Origin: Mobula hypostoma
Lineage: Eukaryota
Assembly: GCF_963921235.1 (NCBI RefSeq)
Contig: NC_086108.1
Span: forward strand, 79,362,001-79,426,000
Direction: 5' to 3'
DNA: 64,000 nucleotides
Shown here: in pieces, positions 1 through 13,445 of the stretch
How positions within the stretch are numbered: position 1 is the stretch's first letter
Layout of the letters: every line of letters begins with the position of its first letter
The notes under the pieces: generated by a model
The model's database searches: none
The model's input: the letters and a program-made list of their open reading frames with translations, nothing else
What the model was told of the DNA's origin: nothing
Program-made: the position numbers and the translations under genes

Positions 1-514
1 AAAATGGGAGAAAAGGTCTACAGTCTGCATTGAAGACTCCTGACCTAAAACTGGCCAGTGCGGTAAGGGCAGCAAAAGAAAAGTTCAAGTTTATCTCAGA
101 CCTGGGATTAATTGAGCCAGGAACATAGGAGAAAGAAAGTGAGGCCTTTGCTGAGGATTGTTTCAAATCAGAGAATGGATACAGAAAACAAAGCAGGGTA
201 AGACTGCAGGAACAGATAGAGGTCAAAGGAAAATGGAAATGAAAAAAGATCCAGAGCAAAATTATAATTCAAGAACTTTTGAGATTTGTAATCATTGATG
301 CCTGAAGATGAGGAAATGTCCCTTGTTGAAGTATGAATATTTGATGAACAGAATATTTGGTGCTTAAGTGAAATTAATTTTGACATAACAAAAACATATT
401 CATTGAATTTTCCTAATTGTCTTGCATCGTGAATTGGTCCAGTTTTGTCTCTGATTAAAACTGACAAGAGCACAAAATGCATTGCACACATGCAAATATG
501 GCACTTTCTTTCAG

Positions 515-588
515 ATTCAGATGAACCTCAGTGGGAGATGGTTTATGCAGAAGAACAAACAATATATATTGAAAGTTATCTTGCATAG
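515..588 (+). CDS. Possible terminal coding exon of an unidentified upstream gene
   Basis: Acceptor-like CTTTCTTTCAG ending at 514, phase-1 frame (D)SDEPQWEMVYAEEQTIYIESYLA-stop, AATAAA at 598-603, followed by AT-rich unique-looking sequence. Peptide not recognised. Confidence 0.25.
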
Positions 589-3379
589 TATTTAGAAAAT
601 AAATTACAAATCCATGTTGTATTCTTTCTTAACTTAATAATCTTTTACGTTTTATCATTATGGCTTCACTGATGCATAGTTATACCAGGAAAAGTTGCTT
701 CTATTAGTCTGCCATATGAGTCACATTGATATACAAACAAAAACAATTGAATAATGCATCCTACAAGCTGTATAAAAATTTTAGAGATGAGGATAATATC
801 CTTTACATAGAATCACGTAAAACTTCAAGCAGACTCTGTGAACCTGCCTGTAACTATGAAATGCACAATGAAAAATCAATTGCTATTTTCTGATAGATAC
901 CATGTATTATGTCAAACTGTAAAGGCAATGAAATTCCATTTTGTTTATCTACAGAAGCTGCAGTGTTTCTGATCTCTATCCTGTCATGTGGATTTAAAAT
1001 CCCACATAAATAATGGGTTAGAATCATCAAAGTTTAAAGGAAAATTTTCAAGAATCCATGATATACCAAGAATAGAAAAGATAAGTAGACGCACAATAAT
1101 GTATAAGCTTGATTTTCTTCCCTATCACTCTCCTGAAGCCTCTGTACAACACCCTTTTTCACATCTCAGGTCAAGGGAATAGAGCTGGTTGATTGCTCTT
1201 AGGGTTCTTTGTAGCTGGCAAATTAAATTGTAGAATGGCACCACCTCTGTTTAAATCTGTCTTGTGTGCAACTATAATCTGCAGTCGGTAAGAACCTGGC
1301 ATGATACAACTTCAGTGCCTGAAAGTTTGAGTATTAAACATGGGATTTACTAGCGCTAGAATTTACAACCAAAATAATGAAGAGGCTAATCATGCTCACT
1401 GTTATGTAAGAGCAAATACCCAGTAACATAAAATGTGGATAGATGTCGAATTAAATGTGGAAATTCAAAAGATGCTGGCAGAGTTGCTCTGCTCTAACAT
1501 TGATAATGGCCAAACAGCTTCTCACCACTGAAGTATAGTGGATGGCATCAAATTTCTTTTGTGCAATGCACGGAAACTATAAACTCATTAAGAAGAGGAT
1601 TTGTCTTGTCTATTTCACTTCCACAGAAGAATTCTCATAGCAATATAACACAATTTAATTATGACAATCTTCTTGGTCCCTATTTTGATGTTTTAAGTAG
1701 ATTTTAAAAATTACAACAGTTTCTTTTACTTTTATTTTCTGTCACTTTTCTATGCCCCTCATTCTTAATCCACTTTTGTTTTTCTTTTTCAGACTCAAAA
1801 AATATATGGATCTCGTGAGTTTCAGAATTTTTCAAAGTGGTTGTGTACAAAGAACTTCATGTACAAAGTGATTAGAATGTGAAACTCGCCACCACAAAGA
1901 TGTCTGGAGAATAGGAACGATGTATTTAAGGAGAAGCTAAATAAACATGTAAGGAGAAAGACATTGGATATTATGCTAAAAGGGGGAGGAGTTAAAGAAC
2001 AGCGAGAAAATATGACTCTGGAGGGCAATCCCTGAATAAGAGCCCAATGGTCTGCTTGTATGCGGTAAATATTGTGTAACTCTTCATGTAATTCCCTCAG
2101 CAGCATATTTTTGATGTAAATGAAATTTAGAAAAAGACAAGCTGTGATTTAATTGGATGTTGCATCAGGTTCTAATGGCTTATTCCCTTCTTGTGTTTTT
2201 ATGATCAATTATTCATTTGTAGGACACTTCAGATGAGTGCAATCTTGTTTTCAGTAGCTATCCACCAACACATTTAAATGTACACACCCAAAGACAGACT
2301 CAACAGAGATTTCTAATAATAATCAGAAACAGATCCCTTCAATATTTATCCCCCACACTCAACTGGTACTCTCTTCGCACAGACCACAGATCTTCTGCCT
2401 TTTGTAGCACTGTTGTATTCTCACTCAATGTATCGCCTCACTGAAGAGTTCATTATTGTGGTTGTAACATACTGAATCAGTATCATCAACTGTCACAGAA
2501 TAGCCAAATTTACAAAACCCTGCCTCAGTGACACACTCCCAGAAGTTTTGCTATGTAAAACATTTCATACAGGAATGTGTCCGTGCATCTTTGTTCCTGT
2601 GCGATGAGCATTTTACAGTGAAGTCATTGCCTGAATGAAGCAAAACAAAACCCTGTTTTTCTGTGGTGTCTTTTGTACTGAACAGCTCCTACCAGGAAGA
2701 GAGTTGAACTGATTTATGACATCAGAAAATTCGGGAAACCCATGTTGACCTCCTATATTATGACATTCCGCATCCACAGTTTAAACCCTGTTAGTGTTAT
2801 CATGCCTTGTCCTTACAGCCTGAGAAGGCTTCATTTTGTTGTAAAGGGATTTTAACCTCTGCATTGGTGCCTGGCATAAACGTCAGTGTTTTGTCATGAA
2901 CAAAAGCGGTCTTTACTACTGACCAGTTTTACCTGAAGAGTTCCATTTGCTTTTCAGAGGCTTTAGCTACCACCCCTCAGGCAGGCTGGAGTTATTCAAA
3001 GGGGTATAAATGACCTGTGGTTTGTACAGCAGCCCCCTAACCAATGACTCTAAGAATAGTGTTGGGGGTAGGGTGTGCTGGACGAGATAAGGACTCAGGG
3101 ATGGGGAGGGGTATTGGGGAACAATGATAAGGAATGAGGGGGAGGAGTGGCAGCAGACAGACATAAACATTTTTGATGAGAGATAATTAACTCTTTTGTC
3201 TGCAAAGTGAATGTGGTTTGCAGAAGCAGAACACATCCTCCCTGTATCCTACCACTGAAGCAAAACAGCAACAGTGTTGCTCAAAAGGAGGATTTTATAA
3301 TTCTACTTCAGTGAACTGCCTGGCAATTAAAGATTAGGAGAACAAATTGCTTCAGCAGTATTTTATGCAGCCTATGGGG

Positions 3380-3668
3380 CAATTACGAAGGAAGCACCTC
3401 TGCTTCCTTAGGAGTTTGCAACGATTCGGCACGCCGTCTAAAACATTGACAAACTTCTATAGACGTGTGGTGGAGAATATATTGACTGGCTGCATCACAG
3501 CCTGGTATTGAAACAACAATACTCTTAAACAGAAAATCCTACAAAAAGTAGTGGAGGTGGCCAGTCCATTACAGGTTAAGCCCTTAGTATGCCTGCAAAT
3601 AAATGAATCTCAGGGTTGTATATGGTAACATACATGTACTTTGATCATAAATTTACTTTGAACTTTCA
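3380..3668 (+). mobile_element. Rex1/Babar-like LINE 3' fragment
   Basis: Encodes TNFYRRVVENILTGCITAWY-like motif, with 3' tail ...tactttgatcataaatttactttgaacttt shared with other copies in the window. Confidence 0.7.
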
Positions 3669-3871
3669 GATGTGAACAAATTCACTGTGTCCATCAGCTA
3701 GAAGGTCATGGCAGCCCATGCATGGGAACAGCGCCTCTTCGTAGTTTCCATGAAATTGTCAACATTGTTCAAAATTCCGGAGTTTCCTAACAGCACTGTG
3801 GAATTACCTTCACCACAATGAAGGCAATAGCAGTTTCCATCGCCACCACAAGTGCAACCCAAATCTCAGGA

Positions 3872-3960
3872 ATGAATTCTCTGCACGAAACGTTGACTAT
3901 ACTGTTTTCCCTAGCTGCTGCCTGGCCTGTTGAGTTCCTCCAGCATTTTGTGTATGCTGC
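3872..3960 (+). mobile_element. Penelope-derived terminal repeat fragment (hammerhead family)
   Basis: gaaacgttgact...gctgcctggcctgttgagttcctccagcattttgtgt matches the family arm seen at 45384-45481 and 59959-60048. Confidence 0.65.
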
Positions 3961-5094
3961 TATGAAAACACCTTATGTTTGTTTATGTGAAGAAACTTAA
4001 CAGCAAGCAATAGTGCAAAGCACTCCATGTAAGTATGTGTCACAGTGATAAAATCAAAAGTGTAATATGATTTTCTTTATCATTAATGCAACACATAAAC
4101 ATTATGCTAACCTAAGTAACAAAACAAGAATGCCCAGTTTATACAGCAATACAAGAGACTGCTGATGCAAGGTCTCGATTAGAAATATCAGTTGTCCTTT
4201 TGCTTCCACAGACGTTACTTAACCTGCTCAGTTCCTCCAACAGTTTGTTTTTTGCTCAATTTACATTACATTCTAATGTGGCAAAATGGCCCTTACAGGA
4301 AATTTACAAAATAAAATATTAATGCAGAACCGATAAGGTTATATGTTAGGAGATGATAAAAGAAGTTGGCTTTTAGAAGGGTCTTAAATGAGGAAAGAGA
4401 GGTTGAGAGACAGTCAGATTTTAGGAGTTCCAGAGCTAAAGGCATGGCATTCAATGATGGAGAACTGAAATTCAAATACGCAGGAGGTAATAATTGGAGG
4501 CATGCACATATCTTTAAAGGGTCATATGAGAGGAAATAGGGAAGGGCAATAACAGAGGGATTTAAAGACAAGGATCACAATATGAAAAGCAAAGTTTATT
4601 AATTGGGAGCAGTGTAGAACTGGTGGATAGACAGGGCTTAGACTGAGTAAGGAGGTAGGCATCCAAATGGAGTTAACAGAAAGTGGAATGGGAGAGAGTA
4701 GCTAGGAAATTTGAAATAAACAAGTCTACAGATTATAAAATTGTGGCTGTACATTTTATCATTTTCCTGGGTATACGTGAATGATTATGCTATAACAGTC
4801 CTCTTTAGTCAAGAATTTGCAATAATCATCATGCAGTATGTCTAAATAAATAAATAATCTGCTTGTGAAGAAATTTCTTCTTATCTCTGACCAATCCCTT
4901 ACTTTGCGAGTGTGACCCCAGGTTCTAAACACTCAACCAGAGAAATATCAATTCTACATCCACATTGTCAAGTCCTTTATGGTTTGTTCATTTCAATGAG
5001 ATTATCTCTGTAAAACATAAGCCCAGTCTGCCTAATCTATCCTCCAGTATTGCATAACAAAAACATATCTTACAGTCTTGGTCTTCATTAAGTT

Positions 5095-6363
5095 CAACTG
5101 AATGGCAAAAATGACCTGGTAAAGGTTTGTTTACAAATCTGAAGAAAGTATGATGGTAGAGTATATACTGTATAGTGTATATGGATATCAGTAAGGCATT
5201 TGATAAGGTTCCCCATGCCAGGCTCATTCAGATAGTAATGAGGCATGGGATCTAAGGAGACCTTGCTTTGTGGATCCAGTATAGGCTTGCCCACAGAAAG
5301 CAAAGTGCAGTTGTACATAGTTCATATTTGGCATGGAAGTTGGTGACCAGTGGTGTGCCTGAGGGATCTGTTCTGGAATCCCTCCTCTTTGTGATTTTTA
5401 TAAATGACCTGGATTAGGAAGAGGAACGGTGAGTTAGTAAGTTTGCTGATGACACAAAAGTTGGGGGTGTTGTAGATGGTCTGGAGGGTCATCAGAGGTT
5501 ACAGTGGGACATCGATAGGATGCAGAACTGGGCTGAGAAGTGCCAGATGAAATTCAACCCAGATAAGTGTGAAGTGGTTCATTTTGGTAGGTCAAATTTG
5601 AAGACAGAATATAATATTAATGGTAAGACTCTTGGCTGTGTGGAGGATCAGCAAGATCTTGGGGTCCATGTCCCTAGGATACTCAGATCTGCTGCGCAGT
5701 TTGACAGTGTTGTTAAGAAGGTGTATGGTGTGTTGGCATTCATCAACTGTGGGATTGAGTTCAAGAGCTGTGAGGTAATGTTACAGCTATTTAAGACCTT
5801 AGTTAGCCCCCATTTGGAATACTGTGTTCAGTCCTGGTCACCTCATTACAGGAAGGATGAGGATACTATACAGAGAGTGCAGAGGAGGTTTACAAGGATG
5901 TTTGCCTGGATTGGAGTGCATGCCTTATGCGAATAGGTTGAGTGAACTTGACCTTTTCTTCTTGGAGTGACAGAAGATGAGAGGTGATCTGATAGAGGTG
6001 TATAAGATGATGAGAGGCATTGTTCGTGTGGATAACCAGAGGTTTTTTCCCAGAGCTGAACTGGCTAAAATGAGGGGGCATAGATTTAAGCTGCTTGTAA
6101 GTAGGTATAAGGGGAACATCAGAGATAAGTTTTTCATACAGAGAGTGTAGAATATGTGGAATGCACTGCCAGCGAAGTGGTAGAGCCAGATACAATATGG
6201 TCTTTTAAGAGTCTCTTAGATAGGTACATGGAGTTTAGAAAGTAGAGGGCTACGTGGTAGGGTAATTCTAGGCAGTTTCTAGAGTGGGTTACATGGTTGG
6301 CACAACATTGTGGGCCGAATGGCCTGTAATGTGCTGTAGATTTCTGTGTTCCAGTGTTCTATG
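5095..6363 (+). mobile_element. CR1 LINE, 5'-truncated, degenerate RT region plus 3' UTR
   Basis: Motifs YMDISKAFDKVPH, GVPEGSVL, FADDTK, KFNPDKCEVVHFGR, PHLEYCVQSWSPHYRKD with stops and frameshifts. Ends in the ttctatg-type CR1 tail. Confidence 0.9.
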
Positions 6364-6999
6364 ATGTGATCACCATCTCTGGAATCAATCTAGTGAAGAT
6401 TTGCTGTTCTCAACCAATCAGGCGTATACCCTTTCACTGGTGGGCAGACCAGATCTGTACACTAAATTTCAACTGCTGTATCACCAGTGCTCTATATAAT
6501 CGGAGGAACATGTCTGAGCTCTTATACTTAAATCCTCTTGCAGTAAAGGAAACTATTTGTCTTTCTGATTGCTTGGTGAATGTCTGTGTTAACTTTCAGT
6601 GTTTTATTTGCAATATCAAGTCTTCCAAAACACCAATAGCTTTAAAGCTCTAACTTTTAAAAAATAACTACTTTTTAAAAATATTTTTCTAACAGTGGCT
6701 AAACTCAAAACTTTTCTCATTATATTCCATGTGCCATGTACTTGCCCATTCACTTAGCCTTTTCATATCCCCACTGAAACCTCTCTGCATTCGCCTCACA
6801 TCCTGTATTTCATCCAAATTTGTATCATCAGCATAATGGATATATTACTTTATACTGTCTCATCCAAATTATTGATACAAATAGTTTAGATACAGATAAC
6901 TGGGGTCTAAGCACAAATCCCCTGCTGTACCCCACTAGGCATAATCTCCCACTTTGAAAATAAGCCATCTGGTAAATTAGTGAGTTAGATTATTATTCT

Positions 7000-7740
7000 C
7001 TCAGTTACAGAGAGAGGTACAGTGAAAAACTTAGGCATGACATCTGTACAGATCATTTCATTACAAAAGTGCATTGAGGTAGTACAAGGTAAAACAATAA
7101 TTAAATGTAGATTAGAGAGTCAAAGTGGCAGGGAAAGTGAAGTACAGGCAGGCAGTAAGTGGCAAAGCCACATGAGAAGGACTGAGAGGTTAAGAGTCCA
7201 TATTATTGTACTAGGGAACTATTCAATAGCTTTATTACAATGGGTAGTTGAGCCGAGTGATACGTACTTTCAGGCTTTTTTATATTCAGCCCAATGGAAA
7301 GGGGAGAAGAGAGAGTGTCTGGGGTGGGTAGGACTTTGATTATGTTGACCGCTTTACCAAGGCAGCAAGAAGTACAGGTAGAGTCCATGGAGGATAGACT
7401 GTGTCCACAACTCCGTGGTTTCTTTTGGTCGATTGCTATAGCAAGCTGTGATACATCAAAATAGGATGCTTTCTCTGGTGCATCGATAAAAATTGGTGAG
7501 GGTCAAAGTGCGGTGCCAAACTTCCTTAGCTTCCTGAGGAAGTAGAGGCGCTGGTAAGTTTTCTTGGTCATGATGTTTCTGTGAATGGACCAAGACAGTT
7601 TGTAAGTGATGTTCGCTCCTAGCAACTTGAAGCTTTCAACTCTCTCGGCCTCAGCAGCCGTGATGTAAACAGGAGCTTGGGCACTACCCCTCTTTCTGAA
7701 GGCAGTGACCAGCTCTCTTCTTTTGTTGACAGCTCTTTTG
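7000..7740 (-). mobile_element. Rex1/Babar-like LINE fragment, degenerate
   Basis: Reverse strand resembles QRLYFLRKLRKFG..TLTNFYRCTRESILF, similar to 25430-26150 and 62140-63250. Confidence 0.6.
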
Positions 7741-8589
7741 CTGTTTTTTAAAAACTTTTATTCCATTTATTTGTACTCTCAGTTTCTGTCTGGTGAACAA
7801 CCCTCGATTCACACCAGCATATAAATCCTAATAGCTTTTAATTTAATGATCTTTTGTGTGGCATCTTATGGAATGTCTTTTATAAGTCCAAAGGCAATAC
7901 ATCAGATGGCTTGCTCTTGGTTGTTTTGCTTGTTACAACCTTAAAATTATACCAGGTTTGTCAAAGATGGTGAAACTGTTAACACTTACTATAAATTTCC
8001 AAGTAGCCCTGTTACCATTTAATTTTCCATTCTGCTAAATCCTAACATCTTCCTTTTAACAGATATGGAGCAAAGGCTGGTGGCAATACTGGAGTGGAAA
8101 TTAGTTGACACTGAACAGGATACCTCTGTTCTGGATGTCCAGAATTAGCCAGAGAACATTAGAGGCGTATACATTCTGATAGATATCACAGAGATTTGGC
8201 TTTATCAATCCAAAAATGGAGGAAATGTTTACTCATCTGGAGAGTTACACTGTGAAGGGCTGAAACAAGTGAAGTGCCTGCCACTGAAGGTGGATTTACA
8301 GAAAAGCAGAGGAAAACACAGAATCAGAAGATTCTGAATGAGAGAACACAAAGCAAAGACTGGGTGGGCTCAAAAGCCTTCTGTGTGCTTAAAGGATATG
8401 TTGTAACCTTATCATTTAAAATGAGCGAACAAGAGGCTGGAAAGGTTAGAAAGATGCATCAAAGTGATGTTGTGGAGAGAGCAGTAGAAGAGTTTGAAGG
8501 ATTCGTACTTGTATTCTCCATTAATCATACATTTCTCGGTGCCTGGGTGGGCAGGTGGCAGAGGCCTGATCTCAATCACTGATTTGTAA

Positions 8590-9319
8590 AGGCTGATTTA
8601 TACTTGTGCGTACTAGCTTGCGTCATAGCCCACGCCGTTGTGTGCATTTATACTTGTGCGTTGGTGTGTCTGCGTCGCTCTGCAATTCACCGCCAAAGCG
8701 CTAGTTGGCAGTGGGGTTTCTATGCCACTGTGTTGAGTTTCTTCGTGTTGAAACTCAACATGAAGAAACTCAAACTTCAAACAATGGCGACTGAAACTGA
8801 AGGAGGGTGAATTTTCTGTGCTTGTCCGGCCACTGAGAGACATGGACGAGGAAATGCATTTCAAATTTTTTCGGATGTCGGCAGGTAGATTTAACGATTT
8901 GGTTCATCGTCTCCAACCATTTATTTCGCATCAGTGTACGCACAGTATACTCAGAGAGTGGCAATCACCATTCAAGTTTTAGCTTCAGGTGTAAGTGAAC
9001 AGGCTGTAGCAGCTAGCTACAAACTGGTGTGAAGCACAGGGTCCTCCGTAATTTCGAAGGTCTGTAAAGCTTTATGGAAAGCATTGCAGCCAGAGTTCCT
9101 TCCCTGCCCTTCAGTTGCCCAATGGGAAGCTATTGCAGCGTAGGAGGAAATGCGATGCTACCAAGCGGACCAATCACAGTTGTTGTGGTCTGCGTCGCCG
9201 CGCCGCATAGATACATTTTTGGGGAGGTGTGCGTCAGGCTACAGTGTAGGGTATGGTGTAGGCTATGCGGCTATGCCGTACTTACGGCGTCGATTTGACG
9301 CACAAGTATAAATTAGCCT
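8590..9319 (+). mobile_element. PIF/Harbinger non-autonomous DNA transposon with transposase remnant
   Basis: 22-bp TIRs AGGCTGATTTATACTTGTGCGT / ACGCACAAGTATAAATTAGCCT (1 mismatch), TAA on both flanks (8587-8589, 9320-9322). Internal broken frame [27 protein letters not shown]...[11 protein letters not shown]...[27 protein letters not shown] resembles a Harbinger transposase N-terminus. Confidence 0.85.
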
Positions 9320-9429
9320 TAAGGTATATGTTTTGTATGATGCCCAACGTGACTTGCGTGTAATATTTCCCTCCCCTCCTGAAAAAGGACACAATTAATC
9401 CCATTCAAAGCTGTAATTACCCAAATGAT

Positions 9430-9870
9430 GGTGTGGAATCGTCAATGCCCAGGAAGGGTAAAGTCTACTGAAGGTGGTGGATCAAGGACTCCCACCATCC
9501 AGGCCACGCTAATAACATCAAGCAACAGGTACAGGAGCCTTACGTCTCACATCACCAGGTTCAAGAACAGTTATAACCCTACAACCATCAGGCTCCTGAA
9601 CTGTCATGAATAACTTCACTCACTTTAACTCTGAACTGATTCCACAACATACAGAATCACCTTCAAAGACCCTATAGCTCATGATCTCAGTATTATTTAT
9701 TTCTATCTTTTGCACAATTTATCTTCCTTTGTACATCAGTTTTCTGTCAGTCTTTACTTAGGTATAGTTTTTCATCAATTCTATTGTATTTATCTATTTA
9801 CCTGTAAATGCTGGCAAGAAAATTAATCTCAAGGTAGTATATAGTAACGTACATGTACTTTGATCTGAAC
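9430..9870 (+). mobile_element. Rex1/Babar-like LINE 3' end
   Basis: RYRSLTSHITRFKNSYNPTTIRLLN C-terminal motif and a 3' UTR shared with 42400-42995. Confidence 0.7.
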
Positions 9871-10466
9871 ACAGTTTAGATAAGCTGCAGATGTATTCTA
9901 CAGGGAATGCAGAAACAGTAACAGTTAGGATAAAATCATATTTATTCATTCAGCCATGCATTCCAGAAATACAGTAATTTTGCTTTTAATTTGTTCTACT
10001 CTCACATTTATTTTCTCTCTTTTCTTGATATTTTCAATGTTGAGTTAACTAGAGGAACACAGAGATGCAAAAGAAAAATCTTCATGTGTAACATCAAAAC
10101 ACGTGTATGTCGTAGCAAAATGTTATTCTTATTTTCCAAGTCCTGCAGACATTGATTAAGGAATGTGATTTTTCACATGGCAGTGCGCTCGAATTAACTA
10201 CAATTAAGTGTCTTAAACAGCTCTTTACTTTTATCTCATTCTTTTTCTATTGAAGTTACTGAACTGGATCAATGATCGTGGGAGGAGATGTATTTGAAAG
10301 CTTCAGTGATCAGAATCCCACTGTTGCGGGATGGTTGTGAAGGGAGGGAGGAGACACAGCTTGTCCTGAGGTTCAAAAGCAGCGTAAAAGTCAGGGAAGG
10401 GCATGAGAGACTGAATTAACATCAAACCCGACAAATAAAATCTCCCTTTCCATGAAGAGAAAATAA

Positions 10467-10800
10467 GATTTGAATTTATTAAGCATCTTTCACAGCCTCA
10501 GGATATTTCAAAGAGCTTCATAACACTTTGAAGAAACTTTTGCAACATGGTCACAGTTGTATGGCAGGAAATGCTGTGGCCAATGTGTACATGGCAAGAT
10601 CCCACAATGTAGCAAAATTAAATGCATTTAATCTGTTTCAATGATGCTGTTTGAGGGACCTAGGTTAGTCAGGATACTGGATATAACCTCTTTGTCTCTC
10701 TTCAGCATGGTGCAACATGGAACTAGATAGTTTCTTAGTATAACCTGTCATCTAGAAGACATAGCTTTGATATGGCAATAGTTCTGTGTACTTTTTGGGA
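10467..10800 (-). mobile_element. Deu-domain SINE remnant (SacSINE1/AmnSINE1-like)
   Basis: ctttcacagcctcaggatatttcaaagagc...gcaggaaatgctgtggccaat...gcaagatcccaca...tgtttgaggga...caggatactgg resembles the recalled reverse-complement Deu-SINE consensus. Confidence 0.55.
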
Positions 10801-10970
10801 TATCGGTTATGATTTTAATGCCGAACTATCGCATAAGCAAATATACCACCTGACGTGGCACCAGTAGAAGTGTCCCTAGTGAGATAATTCTTAAAGACAA
10901 GTCATCACAATTGGTAGGTGCTTGACGAAGTAAAATTTATTTAGTGCCTAATTCCATTTCTAGCTTTACA

Positions 10971-10992
10971 TATATATATATATATATATATA
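10971..10992. repeat. (TA)11 microsatellite
   Basis: Read directly from the sequence. Confidence 0.95.
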
Positions 10993-11489
10993 CAGTAATT
11001 ACATTTCTTAAAGCAATGAGTGTATACAGAGATAATTAACTGGTGGTGTTATTGAACCCAAAGAATAAAAATCAATAAAAATACAAATCATAAATCAGGT
11101 TGTCTTAGCGATCTTACACAAATAACTGTTTCAATTATCTTCAGACCATTGAAACCAATAAAACCATCAAGTCGTTTTGACCATTAGTTTGTGAATATTG
11201 TTTCATGATTCCATCTGCACTTAAAATAGTACAGTCCTGATAAATGTCTAACATTTTGCACAATCAGCGATTTTCTCTAATCAGGCTGTTGGTGGCTCTT
11301 ACTATGAAGCTTGTGCTTGAAGAACAGGCAGTCAGCAAACGGAACTGAGAAAGGAGAAACACTTGTGGAAACCATAGTATGCAGTCAGCAGGTTCTAATT
11401 TAAGGTCAATAATTCACTGTAAAATTAATTGACATTTGGAACAGCATGGAATAATAAATGAAAGTTCACATGGATTTTTAAAAAAAAAA

Positions 11490-12800
11490 TCTTGTTTAAC
11501 TAATTTGATTGGATTCTTTGATGAAGGACTGCAGAGGACTAAAGAGGGAATTGAGGTTGACACTGTGTACAAAAGGCTCTTGAGTTCCGCAAAATAGACT
11601 TAGCAAAATTAAGGCCCATGGGATTAAAGGGCAATGCAATGGCTGTGTGGATACAGAATTGAATTGAATTGACTTTATTTTTTACATCCTTCACGTATAT
11701 GAGGAGTAAAAATTTTTACATTACGTCTCTGTCTAAATGTGCAATGTGCATTCATAGTAATTTACAATAATTTATAATAAATAGAACAGTCAATGTAATA
11801 TAGAGTACACTCAGATCAGTGTGAGTTAATCAGTCTGATGGCCTAGTGGAAAAAGTTGTCCTGGAGCCTGTTGGTCCTGGCTTTTATGCTGCGGTACCGT
11901 TTCCCAGATGGTAGCAGCTGGAATAGATTGTGGTTGGGATGACTCAGGTCCCCAGTGATCCTACGGGCCCGTTTTACACACCAGGTGTGTACCTCCCTGC
12001 GATTAAGGGAGGTACAGTTCCCACACCAGGCTGTGATGCAGCCAGTCAGGATGCTGTCAATTGTGCCCCTGTAGAAAGTTGTTACTGCTGACATTTAACT
12101 ACTTTTATGCTAGTTATGTGGGGAGGCAATTTGAACCAAATATTGCAATGTTAAAGGGCTTGAAAACCTAGTGTAAACAAATCTTTGAAGGTAGTACAGC
12201 AAGTTGAGAAGGCTTTTAAGAAGAGCATATTGAATCCTTTATTAATAGAGGCATTGGAGGAGAAAGGCAGGGAACCATGAAAAGCTATGAAACGATACCA
12301 GGGAGGCCTCAGCTGGAGGTCTGCTCAATTCAAGACATTTCAGGAATGATCTCAAGGTCTCAGGGAGGATGTGGCAGAGATTTACTGAGATGGTACTGTA
12401 CCTGGGTAGAGCGACTACACTCACATTGAAAGGCTAACAAAGCTGGGAACGTTCTCCAGTGAATAGAGAAATTTTGGAGGAGATTTGGTAGAGATGTTGA
12501 ATATCACAAAAGGCTTTGATAAGGTAAATAAAGAGATTTTTTTCAGTGACAAGAGGACTTGTAATAATAGATGAAGATTTAAGATAATTGGAAAAGGAGC
12601 CAGAAGTAAAGAAACATATTCAAGAATTCCTGAGATCGTAAAATGTACTGCACTACACAGATTCTAAAGCAACAAAAGGGAATGTGATAAATAATGAAAA
12701 GGAAAACATTTACAGTGCTACAGGTAAGAGCAAGGCTGTGGGATTAAATGTCACCAAAGAGATGCCACAACTATGGACAAATGATCTCCTCTGAGAGACA
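11490..12800 (+). mobile_element. Old, highly degenerate CR1 LINE interrupted by a Rex1-like insert
   Basis: Faint CR1 RT-like segments on both sides of 11660-12085 (tcttgtttaactaatttgatt...; ggagatttggtagagatgttgaatatc). Confidence 0.5.
11660..12085 (-). mobile_element. Rex1/Babar-like LINE 3' fragment
   Basis: ORF 11843..12094(-) TFYRGTIDSILTGCITAW...LFQLLPSGKRYRSIKARTNRLQDNFF, with (aattg)n tail at about 11657-11671. Confidence 0.8.
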
Positions 12801-13239
12801 TATTGTGATAAAAGAAGAATGGTGAAAGAAAAGTTTTGATGTTTTCAAAGACAGTAATAAAAATAGATCCAATATCTTTCATAGGCTTAGAGTGCCTTAC
12901 ATCTAACGAAGTACTTCAGAAATAATAACCTTTTAAATGTTAATTAAGGAATAAATGCTAAAGAGAAAATGTTTGTGAAAACATTTTTCTCTAGCTCATT
13001 GTGTCCATCATCTCCTTTAGAAGCAAAATGTATAGATCAATATTTTGAGTCAAGACCTTCTGGCTGTTTGGTCTCACGGAACTTTTTTAGTACATCTGCT
13101 TTGTAGCTTAAAATTGTATTGAAAAGGGCAGCTAACAACTGTTTTGTAAGTGAAAATTTAGCACCTGATAGCTCATCTGCAGTCTGACTTGACGGGATGA
13201 GGCGGGCAGGCTGGGTTGTTAGATGGGACAGTGATTAGA

Positions 13240-13445
13240 GTTCTGGAAGAACTCAGCGGGCCGTGTAGCATCTGTGAAAGTAAAGAAATTGACATTTTGT
13301 CAAAAACCTGCATTAAGTTTAGTTCAAAACATCAAATCAAGCATTAAATTTGTTTCCCCCTCCAGATGTTGTTCAACCCACTGAGTTCCTCCAGCAGGTT
13401 GCTTATTGGTCCAAATCCTAGTATCTACAGTCTCTTGTGTCTCAT
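13240..13445. mobile_element. Degenerate fold-back Penelope-derived element
   Basis: ctggaagaactcagcgggccgtgtagcatctg ... cagatgttgttcaacccactgagttcctccag form imperfect inverted arms, plus the family tail atctacagtctcttgtgtctc. Confidence 0.55.
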
